DNA from: Vitrella brassicaformis CCMP3155
Lineage: Eukaryota > Protista > Chromerida
Direction of reading: 5' to 3'
NCBI GenBank assembly: GCA_001179505.1
Contig: CDMY01000456.1
Span: 124,001 to 188,000, forward strand
DNA: 64,000 nt
Shown here one piece after another: positions 40,466 to 53,371 of this stretch. Positions within the stretch are counted from its first letter, which is position 1. Each line of letters opens with the position of its first letter. A program made the position numbers and the translations under genes. Below the pieces are notes generated by a model. That model saw nothing but the letters and a program-made list of their open reading frames with translations. It had not been told where the DNA came from and ran no database searches.

Positions 40466-42450
40466 CTAGCTGAAATGAAAGTAGTCAACGCCCTCCTCCA
40501 GCTCAAGAGACGACAAATACGACTCAAACTCACCACCTGACACGGCCACCAATCAACCAGGAGGCAGGCCAACACTCAACCCATTCCTGCCTGCGGCATT
40601 CCAATCGGTTCACCTGAGGAAGCGGCCGAACCATACCTACCGGTGAGCATGTACTTGACGCACGTGACCAGCTTGAGCGCGCCCACATTCACCTTTCCCT
40701 CCGGCGTCACCAAGGGAGGCGGCTCTGCTGATGGGCTGCTCGGTGGCCGGGTGCGTGTCATTGCCCGCAGTGCGGTCCAGTGCAAAATGGGTATGCGTCG
40801 GTTGTTATCATCCTTGTCGACATACACGACCCGAGCCAGCTTGACGGGATCGACGTCGTAGAAAGCATGCACCTGACACACAAGGCAACACACACAGACA
40901 CACACACACACACACAGTGGGTGACAGTCGGTAGGCCGCACCCATGCATGAAATCACCTTTCGTCGGTTGTTGAGTGAGAGCGACCTGAGGAGTCTCTTG
41001 CCCTCCCTGCCCACGTTCCAGATTCCGAACGCCCGCCAGTGGTCCAACACACACAACTCAAACTCACGCACCCTGCACACCGACACACACACACTGGTGC
41101 CTACGTCACGTCACGTCGCGTCGAGGCATGGCTTGCCTGACGTCCCAGATGTCCCGCGCGTCGACACGGAATGAGGTGCACTCAGGGTGGTACCGGTAGG
41201 TCAGCAGACACTGCAGTGAGTGATGGAAAGACACGATGCTTGATGCATTTCGCGTATGGATGTATGTGTTCATTGCGGCCGCCACACCTGGTCAACGACG
41301 TGCAGCCCTCCCCCCTGCCGCAGGTGCTGGTACAGGAAGATCAGATCCTCCGGAGCAGCACGCTCGGCATCCTTCTAACACATAGACACCATACACACAC
41401 CACAGCACAGCGCACGAAACGAACGAAACGACTCAGCTTCCCTAGCGATCTCCTTTGCCACTGACTCGTTCTTCTCACAGTGAAGCCGCCCACACGATCA
41501 AAGACCTGACGGTGGCTGCAGCAGGACACACACAGCATGCAACCGTGACTTTGGCGGGTTGCGCCTGCCGCTCACCAGAACCAGGTTGGCATGGCGACAG
41601 GGCACTCGCGGAACCTCTGTGTGTAGACCGACTCAGGACCTAGACTGTTCAGCCTGACAGACGCGCCCACGCACCCAAGAAAACGATGACAACCATCACT
41701 GTTATATTCTCCGTGTATGTGCAGCTGACCATTCCGCATAGCGCCCTGTCGAGCCCGGAGGCCACCTGCGATGAAAGCGAACAGAAACAAACTGATGCCA
41801 GCCTGTCTGTCCGTCTGTCTGTCTGCAGATCGGGTCTGACCTCTCAAATCTCGACCCGACGATAGACCACTGCAGGTGCTGCGCTGCCGCGTGCTGACAC
41901 ACACCACACCACACCACACAAACACACGTCTGGCTGTCAAGTAGTGGTCTGCAGTGCCTTCACACACCTGTTTCTCAATTCGTTCATTCTTCATGATATC
42001 ATCAGCGTCTTGGAAGCAGAGAAACCGACCGCGGCTCAGAGCCACTGAGAAGCAGCACAGCAACCATCTGCCACTGATGGATGGATGAATGGATGGATGG
42101 ATGGATGCGCAGCCACCGACCTGCTCTGTTCTTTGCACAGCCAACTCCTCCCGAGTGGCCATCGGTGTTGTGTGAAGCTGTTGTCCTGAGCCCGGCCTCC
42201 TGCAGGCGGGGCACCCACTGTGTGATCATGCCTGCAGTGCCGTCGGTGCTGCAGTCGTTGTAAAGCACCTGATAACGCGATGATGAGTCAAAAGCAACAA
42301 GCACGACGGATCTCTTGTGCGCGAGCCCACCACTTCGATGGAGAGGTGACGGAGCGCTGTCTGTGCGACGATGGACTCGAACAGTTCATCCAGGAACGCC
42401 TCTCCGTTCTTGATGGGCACGATGATGCTCACTTCAACGTCATCACCCAT
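40466..42450 (-). CDS. B3GNTL1: GT2 glycosyltransferase, B3GNTL1/QTGAL (queuosine-tRNA galactosyltransferase) orthologue
   Basis: [67 protein letters not shown]; C-terminus HWRAFGIWNVGREGKRLLRSLS...KVHAFYDVD...RIPILHW...VTCVKYMLTGGEFESYLSSLELEEGVDYFHFS*, matching the diagnostic QTGAL C-terminal domain. Confidence 0.88.
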
Positions 42451-42700
42451 CGCCGTCGGCTCTCTTCAGGTGTAATCATTAGATGCGGGACGGACCACGA
42501 GTGTGATTTGTTTTCCCTGGTGATTGTTTCCCTCCCCAAGCTAAGCTCGCAACTCTGAGCTCGCATTTTTATCGGCAAGGGACAACACACGACGTTCTCT
42601 GAGGACCACAGGAACCGCAGTGTGCCGTACTCCGAACCGCAGCTCTTGATCTGCTGAGGATCTCTCTCGGTGCGTCGCCGCTGACTTTTGTGTAAGGCTT

Positions 42701-45700
42701 ATGGCTCCGAAGGGCAAGAAGAAGGAGGAGCCGGTGGATGAGTCCAAGCTGCGCATCGCCATCGTCAACCAGGACCGATGCAAGCCCAAGAAGTGCCGGC
42801 AGGAGTGCAAGAAGCACTGCCCCGTCAACCGCACCGGCAAGTTCTGCATCGAGGTGGAGCCGACCTCCAAGATCGCCTTCATCTCGGAGCCGCTGTGCAT
42901 CGGCTGCGGAATCTGCGTCAAGAAGTGCCCCTTTGAGGCCATCAACATCATTAACCTTCCCAAGGACCTCGGCAAGGACACCACGCACCGTTTCGGTCCC
43001 AACACATTCAAGCTGCACCGCCTGCCGGTGCCGCGGCCAGGCCAGGTGCTCGGACTCGTCGGCACCAACGGCATCGGCAAGTCGACGGCCCTCAAGATCT
43101 TGGCAGGCAAGCTGAAGCCCAATCTGGGTCAGTACGACTCGCCGCCGGACTGGCAGGAGGTGCTGGGGCACTTCCGCGGCAGCGAGCTGCAGGGCTACTT
43201 CACGCGCATCCTCGAGGACAGCTTGAAGGCCACGATCAAGCCGCAGTACGTCGACAGCATCCCCAAGAACGTCAAGGGGACCGTCGAGGGGATCATCAAG
43301 GTCAAGGACGAGATGGACCAGGGGGAGACGTTCATGACCACACTTGACCTGCAGCACATCAGGACACGACAAGTAGGCCAGCAGACACCCACAGAGCTCT
43401 GAGGCGAGGCGGGGAGGGGTGGCAATCATTCGTCCATCGTGTATATGTGTGCTGTGTTGATGCTTTCAGATTGACGAGTTGTCTGGCGGTGAGTTGCAGC
43501 GGTTCGCCATTTGTGTGGTGTGCGTGACGAGCTCCAATGTTTACATGTTTGACGAGCCCAGCAGCTACCTCGACGTCAGGCAAAGGCTCAAGGCCGCACA
43601 GACCATCAGGTCCATCATCAAACACGACAACTACATCATCGTGGTCAGTACTAAGTCACCAGCCAGCCAACCACTGCTCCATCCAACGAAAGGCCATCCA
43701 CTCCACTCCACTCACCCCTCTCGTGCACTCCTTCATGTCATGCAGGTTGAGCACGACCTGTCGGTGCTGGACTACCTGTCCGACTTCATCTGCTGTCTGT
43801 GGGGGTGCCCGGGGGTCTACGGCGTGGTCACGACCCCGTTCTCGGTGCGGGAGGGCATCAACATCTTCCTCGACGGCTTCATTCCCACCGAGAACCTCCG
43901 ATTCAGGGATGAGTCGCTCAACTTCAGGGTCTCCGAGACGCTCGATGAAGAGATCAAGGTGGGCAGGGCTGGCCAGCCAGGCCAGGCCAAGCCACCACAC
44001 AGACAGACAGACAGGGGCGGGAGAGAGAGAGAGAGAGAGAGAGAGAGACGCGCGTATGCATTGTCCGTCCGTGTGTGGTGGCTGTGGCTGTTGTCAGAGG
44101 CTGCATTCGACGGAGTATCCTGCCTTGACCAAGACGATGGGCGGCAAGTTCAAGCTGCATGTGGAGGCAGGCAACTTCAGCGACTCCGAGATCATCGTCA
44201 TGCTCGGCCAAAACGGTACCGGCAAAACGACATTCATCAGGTCAGTCACCAGACACACACATGTAAACACAGAGGCACACACAGTGTGTGGTGTGTGTGT
44301 GTGTGGGGGGGGGGGGGGGGTNNNNNNNNNNNNNNNNNNNNNNNNNNNNNNNNNNNNNNNNNNNNNNNNNNNNNNNNNNNNNNNNNNNNNNNNNNNNNNN
44401 NNNNNNNNNNNNNNNNNNNNNNNNNNNNNNNNNNNNNNNNNNNNNNNNNNNNNNNNNNNNNNNNNNNNNNNNNNNNNNNNNNNNNNNNNNNNNNNNNNNN
44501 NNNNNNNNNNNNNNNNNNNNNNNNNNNNNNNNNNNNNNNNNNNNNNNNNNNNNNNNNNNNNNNNNNNNNNNNNNNNNNNNNNNNNNNNNNNNNNNNNNNN
44601 NNNNNNNNNNNNNNNNNNNNNGGGGGGGGGTTGGTGCCTGTCTGTCTGTTTGTCTGTCCTGTCTGTCTGGGTGCCTGCAGGATGTTGGCTGGTTTGCTCA
44701 AGCCTGACGATGACGACACTGAGCTGCCGCAGATGCACGTCTCGTACAAACCACAAACCATCACGGCGAAGTTCGAAGGATCCGTCAAGTCAGCCACACC
44801 CACACCCACACCCACCCACACACCCACACACACTTACACCCTCCCACCCACCTTAATTACTCTGCACCCACCCATCAGGGCTCTGTTTCTGGCGAAGATC
44901 CGGGACGCGTATCTGCATCCTCAGTTCACGACTGACGTGGTGAAGCCCTTGTCGATAGAGAACATCATCGACCAGGAGGTGCAGGTCGTATCGGGCGGCG
45001 AGCTGCAGCGGGTCGCCCTCATCGTGGCGCTCGGCAAGCCCGCCGACATCTACCTCATCGACGAGCCGTCGGCTTACCTCGACTCAGAACAGCGTATTCA
45101 GGCCGCTAAGGTCATCAAGAGGTCAGTGGCTTGCCCGAAAGAGGGAGGCAGATACGATACGTGGGTGGCTCGCTACACTGACTGTATCGTATGGTATGGT
45201 ATGGTATGGGTGTGTTTGTTAGGTACATTCTCCACGCCAAGAAGACCGCCTTCGTTGTGGAGGTGAGAGGGGGCGGACGCACTTTTCACAGACAGGCACT
45301 CACTCACTCAGACGCCGTCTGTTGGTCTTGTCTGGTATTGCGTGCCTGCAGCATGATTTCATCATGGCGACCTACCTGGCGGACCGAGTCATCGTCTACG
45401 AGGGACAACCGGGGTGACATGAGATAACCACACAAACACACATGCATGCCAACAGACAATCTCATTGCCCACATATATACGTCCTCTGCGTGCAGCATCG
45501 AGTGCACGGCGTGTTCGCCGGAGCCCCTCATCACGGGCATGAACAGATTCCTCAAGGTAACTAAACAAATCAGCCAACACAACGACCGACACCGCCAATG
45601 CATTGCTGGCCTGGCTGTCTTTCCTTTCCCGCCCACCACCGCAGTCGTTGGAGATAACATTCCGTCGCGATCCCACCAACTTCCGCCCGCGGATCAACAA

Positions 45701-45767
45701 GCTCGACAGCGTCAAGGACAAGGAACAAAAAGTATCGGGCCAGTTCTTCGTCGTTGAGAGCGACTGA
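42701..45767 (+). CDS. ABCE1: ABCE1 / RLI1 ribosome recycling ATPase
   Basis: [38 protein letters not shown] Fe-S domain, [17 protein letters not shown] twice, GQNGTGKT, and [26 protein letters not shown]-terminus. One intron contains an N gap. Confidence 0.98.
44322..44621. other. Assembly gap (about 300 N) inside an ABCE1 intron, flanked by poly-G
   Basis: Run of n characters. Confidence 0.98.
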
Positions 45768-47102
45768 TCGAGCCAGAAGGGGCAGTTGGATGGCCAGATC
45801 AGGGGAGGAGAATTCACTAAGCTGCCACTCAGACAGTGGTGGGCGGCGGGTGTGTAGAGGGCCGGCCGGGGCGTGGTGTAAAGATTTCAATTTCTTGATG
45901 GACGGCCGCATGGATGGATGGATGGATGGAGGGGTGCTACGTGACCTGACCTGACGTGACGTGTTTGCGATTTTGGCGATCGCATGTGTGTGTGTGTGTG
46001 TGTGGCTGCATGAGTAAGTGAATGGTGGACGCATGTGACGTCTACCCACCTAATGCTGTTTATATATTGCCGTGGCCGAGAAGAGCATTCGCTATGCATG
46101 CATGTGTGTGTGTGTGTGTGGTTGTTAACTGGATGTCCGCGTCCGTCTGTCGTCCATCCATCAAAAAGTCCAGTGAGTGCAGCCAGGCAGCCATACAGAC
46201 AGACAGACAGGTCGGTCAACCAGCGGCGAGTACAGCTCCACCCATTCACGCAATGCAGGGAGAAGGACGTCTTCCATCCTTCATTCGCTCCTTGTGCAGT
46301 GCTCCCCCCAGCCACCCCCCCCGCCCCACACACACACACGCACAGACAGAGGGGCGTACGAAGCATCAACCAGCATCATCACCTCACCTCACTGACGGCT
46401 TCTCTCCTCTCCCTCCCTCCGTATGGGGGACGCACACACACGACGAATAAATTGTTTGGTCAGCGCACACAGACAGACATGTCTCGTGGATGGATGTTGA
46501 AAAAAACCCGGCTAGCAGAGCAGCTGCATGAATCGGATCTATAAGATCGATTCACCCAGCCAGGATATGATATATCCTGGTACAGATATAGAGAGAGAGG
46601 CGAGGAGAGAGAGAGAGAGGGGACGAAAAAATGCCGATCATCGAAGAGGAGGGGCGCAAACAGCACCCCCCTTCCCTCACACCCACCCCCCCACTACCAC
46701 TACAAGCAGGTGTGCTGGTGTGACGGGGTGGTCAGCAGTGTCAAAAAGTGAAGACGGGACGGGATGGACGGGTGGATAGATAGATAGACGGGATGAATGA
46801 ATGAATGAATGCATCGGCCATCGCATCGTAGGTAGATTCATTGTTCTCTCGATCGACAGCGGTCAACAAACAGGGTTAGTCCAGAAAAACAACCAGACAG
46901 ACCAGAGCAATCAAACAAGACAATGAATGCAAGAAAGACAAGACACCCCCAGCCCATCTAGACAGCCCACTGGGGAAGGGCGATGGTCAATCAAAACTCC
47001 CAGTGGGCCGGTGGTCCGGGGGGGAGGGGGGGTGGGGGAAGAAAGAGAGACACGCAGGGAGGCAGGCAGGCAGGGACAGAGAGACGCCGTCCCTCCGTCA
47101 GC

Positions 47103-50100
47103 TTACTTCCGTTTCCTCCGGCGGTCGTCGTCATTGCCTTTAGATGGTGGTGGTGGTGGGGAAGTGCTAGCTGACGGCGGTTGGACGGTCTCTCCCTCCC
47201 CGTCTGGGGGGCAGACGTAGAGGAACCGCTGCAGGACGCGCTGCTTGCACTCGTACGTGCCCGGCCGGTTGTAGCAGCAAGAGTACCACGGGCATGGAGA
47301 CGTCTCTATGCACTCGTCGATATCTGCACACACACACGCACACGTGTTAGAGAGAGAGAGACAGGGGTTCCTATGCCGTGTGGGCGTGTCTGTGTGTTTG
47401 GTTGTTTGGCTGCCTGACCTTCGCACTCCTGTCCGTTTCCTCTGAAGCCCGTCTTGCACTCACACCGCTTCCCGCCGTTGTATCCCACGCAGTTGGCGTG
47501 CTCAGAGCAGAACTCACAGCCAGCGGGAGGCCCTGCAACCACAGCACACCACGAAGCCATCCGTGGCATGCCTCTGTCTCCCTTCCAGTGTGCAGCTAAG
47601 CTAAGCTAAGCTAGGCGGCTCACGGTAGAGGACTGTGACTTGGTTGGATTCCTTGTTGCGGTTGCCGGAGGGGTCGGTGACGGCGCCCGCGGGGATTTGC
47701 AGGGCGGCCACACCCGACTTGACGACAGCCACGGGGATGACGTAGCGCAGACCGACCACGTCGTCACGGATCGGCCTGTCCGCTATCGCATTGAACGTCT
47801 GGATGCTCTTCTCCTGCGTGCCATGCAAGAAACACACACCGATTGATTGATCGTAGCGCCGGTTGGTTACTAAGGGCCGGCTGACCGTGAAGCCCCTGAC
47901 GGGTTCTGTGAAAGTGGCGGTGACATTGAAGGCCCTGAAGACGAGCACGGGGGGCGCCTGGGACCCCAACACAACCTCAGGAGGGACCGTGTCTGCACCA
48001 TACATCGTTTGTGGACATGTCTCCTCTCCTCACTTCTGTGTCCCCCCTTGTGTGTCTCCCCCACCGACTCCTCCGTACTGACCAGTGCAGTTGAAGGTAG
48101 CATCCATGAGTCGCTCTGAGATTTCCTGCATTGAGCTGAAGTCGGTGTTGAAGATGTGCTCGTGGTCGGGGTCGGACGCCATGAACTGCAGCTCGAATTT
48201 GTTGACGGCGTCACCCACGCCCACAACGATGATCTCCACACCCATCACCTCCTGCCATTGGAGACATACGACAAGGCACCAGTGAGAGACAAAGACACTC
48301 ACGAACAAACAAACAAATAAGGCATGCTGTCCGACTGACCTTGAGGTAAGTGGCGACATAGCACTCCTGGTTGTCGGCGCACCCACCAAACCCGTCGGTA
48401 ATGATGATGATCTTCTTGACCGTCTCGTTCTTGGACTCGGCCAAGAAGATCTGCTTGGACGACTCCAGCGCCTCCGGAGTGTTGGTGCCGCCCCCGGTGA
48501 ACTTGAGGCCCTCGACGGCGTCGTACACCGCGGAGTTGTTCTGAGTGATGTTAGTGAAGGAGATCGGGTTGGCCCTGGAGCTGTATGGCACGAGAGCGAC
48601 CCGCACGGCCTCGTCGTCGACCTCGGTCTTGTCGGTGAGGGACTGCACGAAGTCCTTCATGGCCTCCCAGCCGGCCGCCTGCACCGACCCCGATCTGTCC
48701 AGCACGATGATGAGATCGGTCCGCTCACGGCGGCAAGCTGCATCGCAGCCATTCCATGCATCAGACAGACATGTGAGGAATGTCTGTCCTCTCCTCCGTG
48801 TGTGTGATGTGATATGGTAAGTCCCTACGGGCGACGGGCGCTCGAGTGGTGGAGCTGATCGTCACGGGGGGGGTGACGGGAGCCGTAGTGGTTGCATTCG
48901 GGGCGACCGGAGCCGCAGTAGTTGATGATGTCGTTTCTGGCCTCTCCGGGAGGATGGCCTCTGCCGTCGATGTCGGGACCTGCGTCGTGCTTGTGCTGGT
49001 GGTCTCCGGCCTCACGGTTGTTGAGGTGGCCGGGAGAGGCGTCGTGGTCTCGGGAGGCGGGGGCGTGGTGGTCAGGTTCAGCACCGGCTCCTCTGTGGTT
49101 GTTGTGGTCGTCTTAAGAGGCTCTGTGGTTGGTGCGGGGGTGGGGGAAGTGAACTCGGGCAGAGCTGTGGTGGTCGGCAGGACCGCCGGCGGGGTGCTCG
49201 ATTCTAATGTGGTCTCTATCGTCTCTGTCGTTGTGCTGGTGCTGGTGGTCGTTGGGGCCTCTGTAGTGACCTTTGCCGTCGTCGTTACCAAAGGAGGGAC
49301 TGAAAAAGCAGAGGACAGAAGTGCTGCGCCACCCCACCCGACCTCCGATCCCTGCTCTCTCACTTGTGGTGGTTGTTGGAAAAGGTGCGACTGTGGTGTT
49401 GATGACCGGCTCTGTCGTCAGAGGTGCAGTCGTGGGCAGCTCTGTGGGCACGGCTGGGGGCGAGGTGAACTCAGGGACGGCCGGAGTAGTCGTCACGGGG
49501 GCAGCAGGGGTCGTGCTCGGCGCAGCTACACATTGGAAGGAGGTGAGAGCGATGAAGGCTAAAGGTGCTCGGCTATGGCCTTACACTCACCGGTAGTCGA
49601 CGTGGTGGGGACGGGAACTGCTGTCGTGTTGACCACTGGCGGCTCGGAAGTGAACCAGAATGTGGGGGCCGAGGTAGTTGTTGTCTCCTTGACAGGTGCT
49701 GTCGTTATTATTGGCTGTGGAGTTGTGGGGACAGCGGGGGCCGCACTCGTGGTGGTTGGTAATGCCGGCTCGGTGGGCAGGACAGCCGGGGGCGTGCTTG
49801 TGGTCACAGCAGCAGCTGAAAGAAAGAACCAAAAAGAAATCGTGCTTGTGTCTCCCCCTTCCCAGCCTCCCTCTTACTTGTGGTGGGCACTCTTGTGGTC
49901 GGCACTGGAGGTGCTGTCGTATTGATGACGGGTGGCGGCATCGTCGTATTCATCACAGGCGGGGCCAAAGTCGTGGACTCAAATGGGGGGGTGGTGGGCA
50001 AAGCCGGGGGGGACGTGAACTCAGGCAGAGTCGGGGCACTGGTCGTTGATGGAACTGGGCTTGTTGTTACCCTCTCTGTCGTAGTGGTCGGCGCCCTTGT

Positions 50101-52728
50101 CGTCACAGCTGCATTAATCGCCGAGCAGAGAAAGGAAGATCGATCCTTCAAGTGATGTCTCACTGACGGGTGCGTCGATGCTTACCAATTGTCGATGTCG
50201 TCGGCAGCGGTGGCACTGTCGTGTTGACGAACGGCGCCTCCGTGGTAAGCTCAGGAACAGCTGTAGTCGGCAAGACGGCCGCCGGTGTGCTTGTCGACAC
50301 GGCAGGTGCTGCAAGCATGAAAAGACAACACAAGTCAGATTGCATGCGGGTGTCTCGTCCGTCTCGGCGTGCCCCTACTCGTAGTTGGTGGCAAAGGCGC
50401 GGCTGTCGTATTGATGGCCGGCGCTTCGGTCGTCACATACTCATATGGGGGCGTGGTGGGCACACCGGGGGGTGACGTGAACTCAGGAACAGCAGTCGTT
50501 GTTACCACCGGAGCCCTTGTGGTAGTTGCCGGCGGTGCGGGGGCCACCGTCGTGTTGACCACAGGCGGCTGGGTCGTGACAATCTCGAATGGGGGTGTGG
50601 GTGTCTCGGTGGAGGGAGGGGGAGAGGTGAAGACGGGGAGGGCAGTAGTGGTGGTTGATGGGAGCCGTTCTGTTGTCACCCTGCGTGTCGTGGTCGTCAC
50701 GGGGACAGCTGGTGCGGTGGTGTTGACCTCAGTAGAAGTAGTAAAGACTTCTGTGGGCTTTGCTGTAGTTGTCACCTCCACAGGCCTTGTGGTCTCGGGA
50801 ACAAGCGGTGGCCTGGTGGGCAGGACCGCTGGCGGCGTGGTCGGCTCAGATGTGGTCTCTATCCTCTCCGTGGTGGTAGAGGTAGAGGGCGCCTCTGTCA
50901 CATAACGAGTGGTGGTAGGCAAACCTGTCACTGAAAGAGAGCAACAGAGGAGGAACACATGTGTCTCGTGAACCCATTTACTCTCAAAGAGTTCTTACTG
51001 GTGGTTGGTGGCCTGGGAGCCACAGTCGTGTTGATAACCGGCTCTTCGGTTGTCACATACTCAAAGGGAGGTGTGGTGAACTCTGGGATGGCGGGCGCCG
51101 TCGTCTCAGGAGCCCTTGTGGTGCTCGTCGTCGTTAGAGGTGGTTTGGGGGCCACCGTCGTCTTGACCACAGGCGGCTGGGTCGTGACAATTTCGAAGGG
51201 GGGCGTGAATGTCTCGGTGGAGGGAGGGGGAGAGGTAAAGACGGGAAGAGCAGGGGTAGTGGTGGCTGGTGGCCTCTCAGTCGTCACTCTGCGCGTGGTG
51301 GTGGTGGGCAGCGGGGCCACCGTTGTATTCACCAAGGGCGCCTTAGTCGTGAGCCACCAATCTGGAGGCTCCGTGGGCTCGACCGTCGGCTCTTCGGGAG
51401 GTGTGGTGACCTTGGGGGTCTCCGGCACCTCAGGCACGAGAGGTGGCCGAGTCTCCGGCCTCTCGGGCTCAGGTGGCGGCCTGGTTGGCAAGACGGCCGC
51501 CGGTGTGCTCGTCGACACAGCAGCAGCTGAAAGAAAGAACCCGAAAAGAAATCGTGTTTGTGCCTCCTCCCTTCCCAGCCTGCCTCTTACTTGTGGTGGG
51601 CACTCTTGTTGTCGGCACTGGAGGTGCTGTCGTGTTGATGACGGGCGGTGGCACCGTCGTATTCATCACAGGCGGGGCCAAAGTCGTGGACTCGAAAGGA
51701 GGCGTCGGGCTCGTGAACTCGGGAAGGGGAGGCGCAGTCGTGCTAATGACTGGCCTTTCTGGCGCTAGAGCAGCTGACGACAGAAGGTACCGAGTGTAGA
51801 TCATACAACTTTAGGACAAAGGACGGACCACAGACCCACAGTTGCTACTCACTTGTGGTCGTCGCTGGCGGTTTGGTGGTGGTCTTTGGCGGCGGCTTGG
51901 TGGACACAAAAAGGAACTCTGTGGATGTGGGCTCGGACGTGTCGATGGGGATGGATGGGGTGCTGGTGTTGAAGAGGAATGTCGGCAGGGGCTCGGTCGT
52001 TGTGCTGGGAGCAAGAGTGGTCGCCTCGGGAGTGCTTGTGGTCGGGACCACACGAGGAGCTGAGGTATATGATACACACGCACCGATGAATGCATAGACA
52101 GATGAAGACATACAGCCACTTAGACTGACTTGTCGATGTCGTTGGCCTCGGTGCCGACGTGGTGTTGATCAGCGGCTCCTCCATAGTGAACCAGTCCCAC
52201 TCTGTCGGTTCCTCAGTCGTCGGCTCCTCAGTCGACGTCTCCCACCATGGCGGCCATGTCCCAGGGAGGATCCCCTCACCTCCCTCAGGAGTCGTCACCT
52301 TGACGGTCGTCTCAGCGGGTGTTGGGGCGGCAGTGGTGGTTGTCACAGGGGGTTTGGGGGGCACGGTGCAGTTGAAGCTGTCGAGGTATTCCCTGAAGAA
52401 CTCCAGCTGGGGGTCATTGAGGAGTTCGGGGTGCTCCTGCATGATGTCGACGAAGCTCTCGATGACCGAGATGAAAGCCTTCGAAAAGAAGCACCCGGGG
52501 CAAGGGGAGGAGGGCTCATCGGCAGTGGCCATATATTTCAACTCTGCCGCCTTCATCTCTGCGACACACAGGCACACACACACACACACAGAGGAAGATA
52601 GAGAGAGCGATCTGTCTTCTGTTGTCTTCTGACTGACCCTGGGACATGCCCGAATGGCCGGCCAACCCACAGAGAAGAAAGACACACAGGGCGAGGCCTC
52701 TGACGGAGCCGACGACGCGAAGGGCCAT
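47103..52728 (-). CDS. Secreted mucin-like adhesin: signal peptide, Thr/Pro mucin exons, vWA (MIDAS), Ig-like domain, two EGF domains
   Basis: MALRVVGSVRGLALCVFLLCGLAG leader; many T/P-rich exons; DLIIVLDRSGS...GGTNT...IIITDG vWA; DTVPPEV...TFTEPVRGF...AGAVTDPSGNRNKES Ig-like domain; CSEHANC...CECKTGFRGNGQECEDIDEC EGF/EGF-Ca; ends DDDRRRKRK*. Confidence 0.88.
49806..51693. repeat. Intragenic exon+intron duplications within the mucin region
   Basis: 49806-49980 closely matches 51517-51693, including the intron sequence; about 50540-50690 matches about 51148-51300. Confidence 0.9.
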
Positions 52729-53371
52729 GGTGAACCGCAGAAATGACCACAGAGAGGAAAGAACTGACACACACAGCAGAACACGCATCCCCCTCACCTC
52801 TCGAGAACAACCACCGTCCAGCCCCCAGACATGACAAGCACGACCCCACCCCCGTGTGTACCTTAGAATGGGTGTTCGATGGAGCAGTCAGGGATTGCAG
52901 TGGGGGGACAGAGCGGAGATGACTCGCCCTCGTGAAATCTCCGGGCATGCACCGGCTTGTGCGCGCCCCTCGGTTGTGCCGTCGATGATTCAAAAGGGGT
53001 CGGGCTCGAAAAGCTCTTGGTCAACCCACCAGCTCCCCCAACACACAAATGAGGTGGGGTACGTTCGGGGGGAAGTCGGTGAAGGGCAGTTCTGACACAA
53101 TCGAAGCTGTCTGACGAGGGGCTCGTGTGTCTGCGGTGAGGGGCAGCTCCAAAAACTCGGGGTCGAGCTCTGGTACGTCAGAGAAGAGCCAGACGATCGC
53201 TAGAGCTCCTATCAAGGCAGCTTCGAGCATCCGATGCCGACCTCTTTGGGGCCCTCGCCGTTTCGCTGGGGGCCGCGCGCGATCCGTTTGCCCTCCCATC
53301 AGAACAGATTAGGGACAATTGCCTGACTTTAGGCTATCCAGCTACGTTGCCGCTCTCGGTCTCCCTCTGCG

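Noticed and set aside
48846-51768. Long plus-strand V/G-rich ORFs
   Set aside because: Antisense shadows of the T/P-rich mucin exons.
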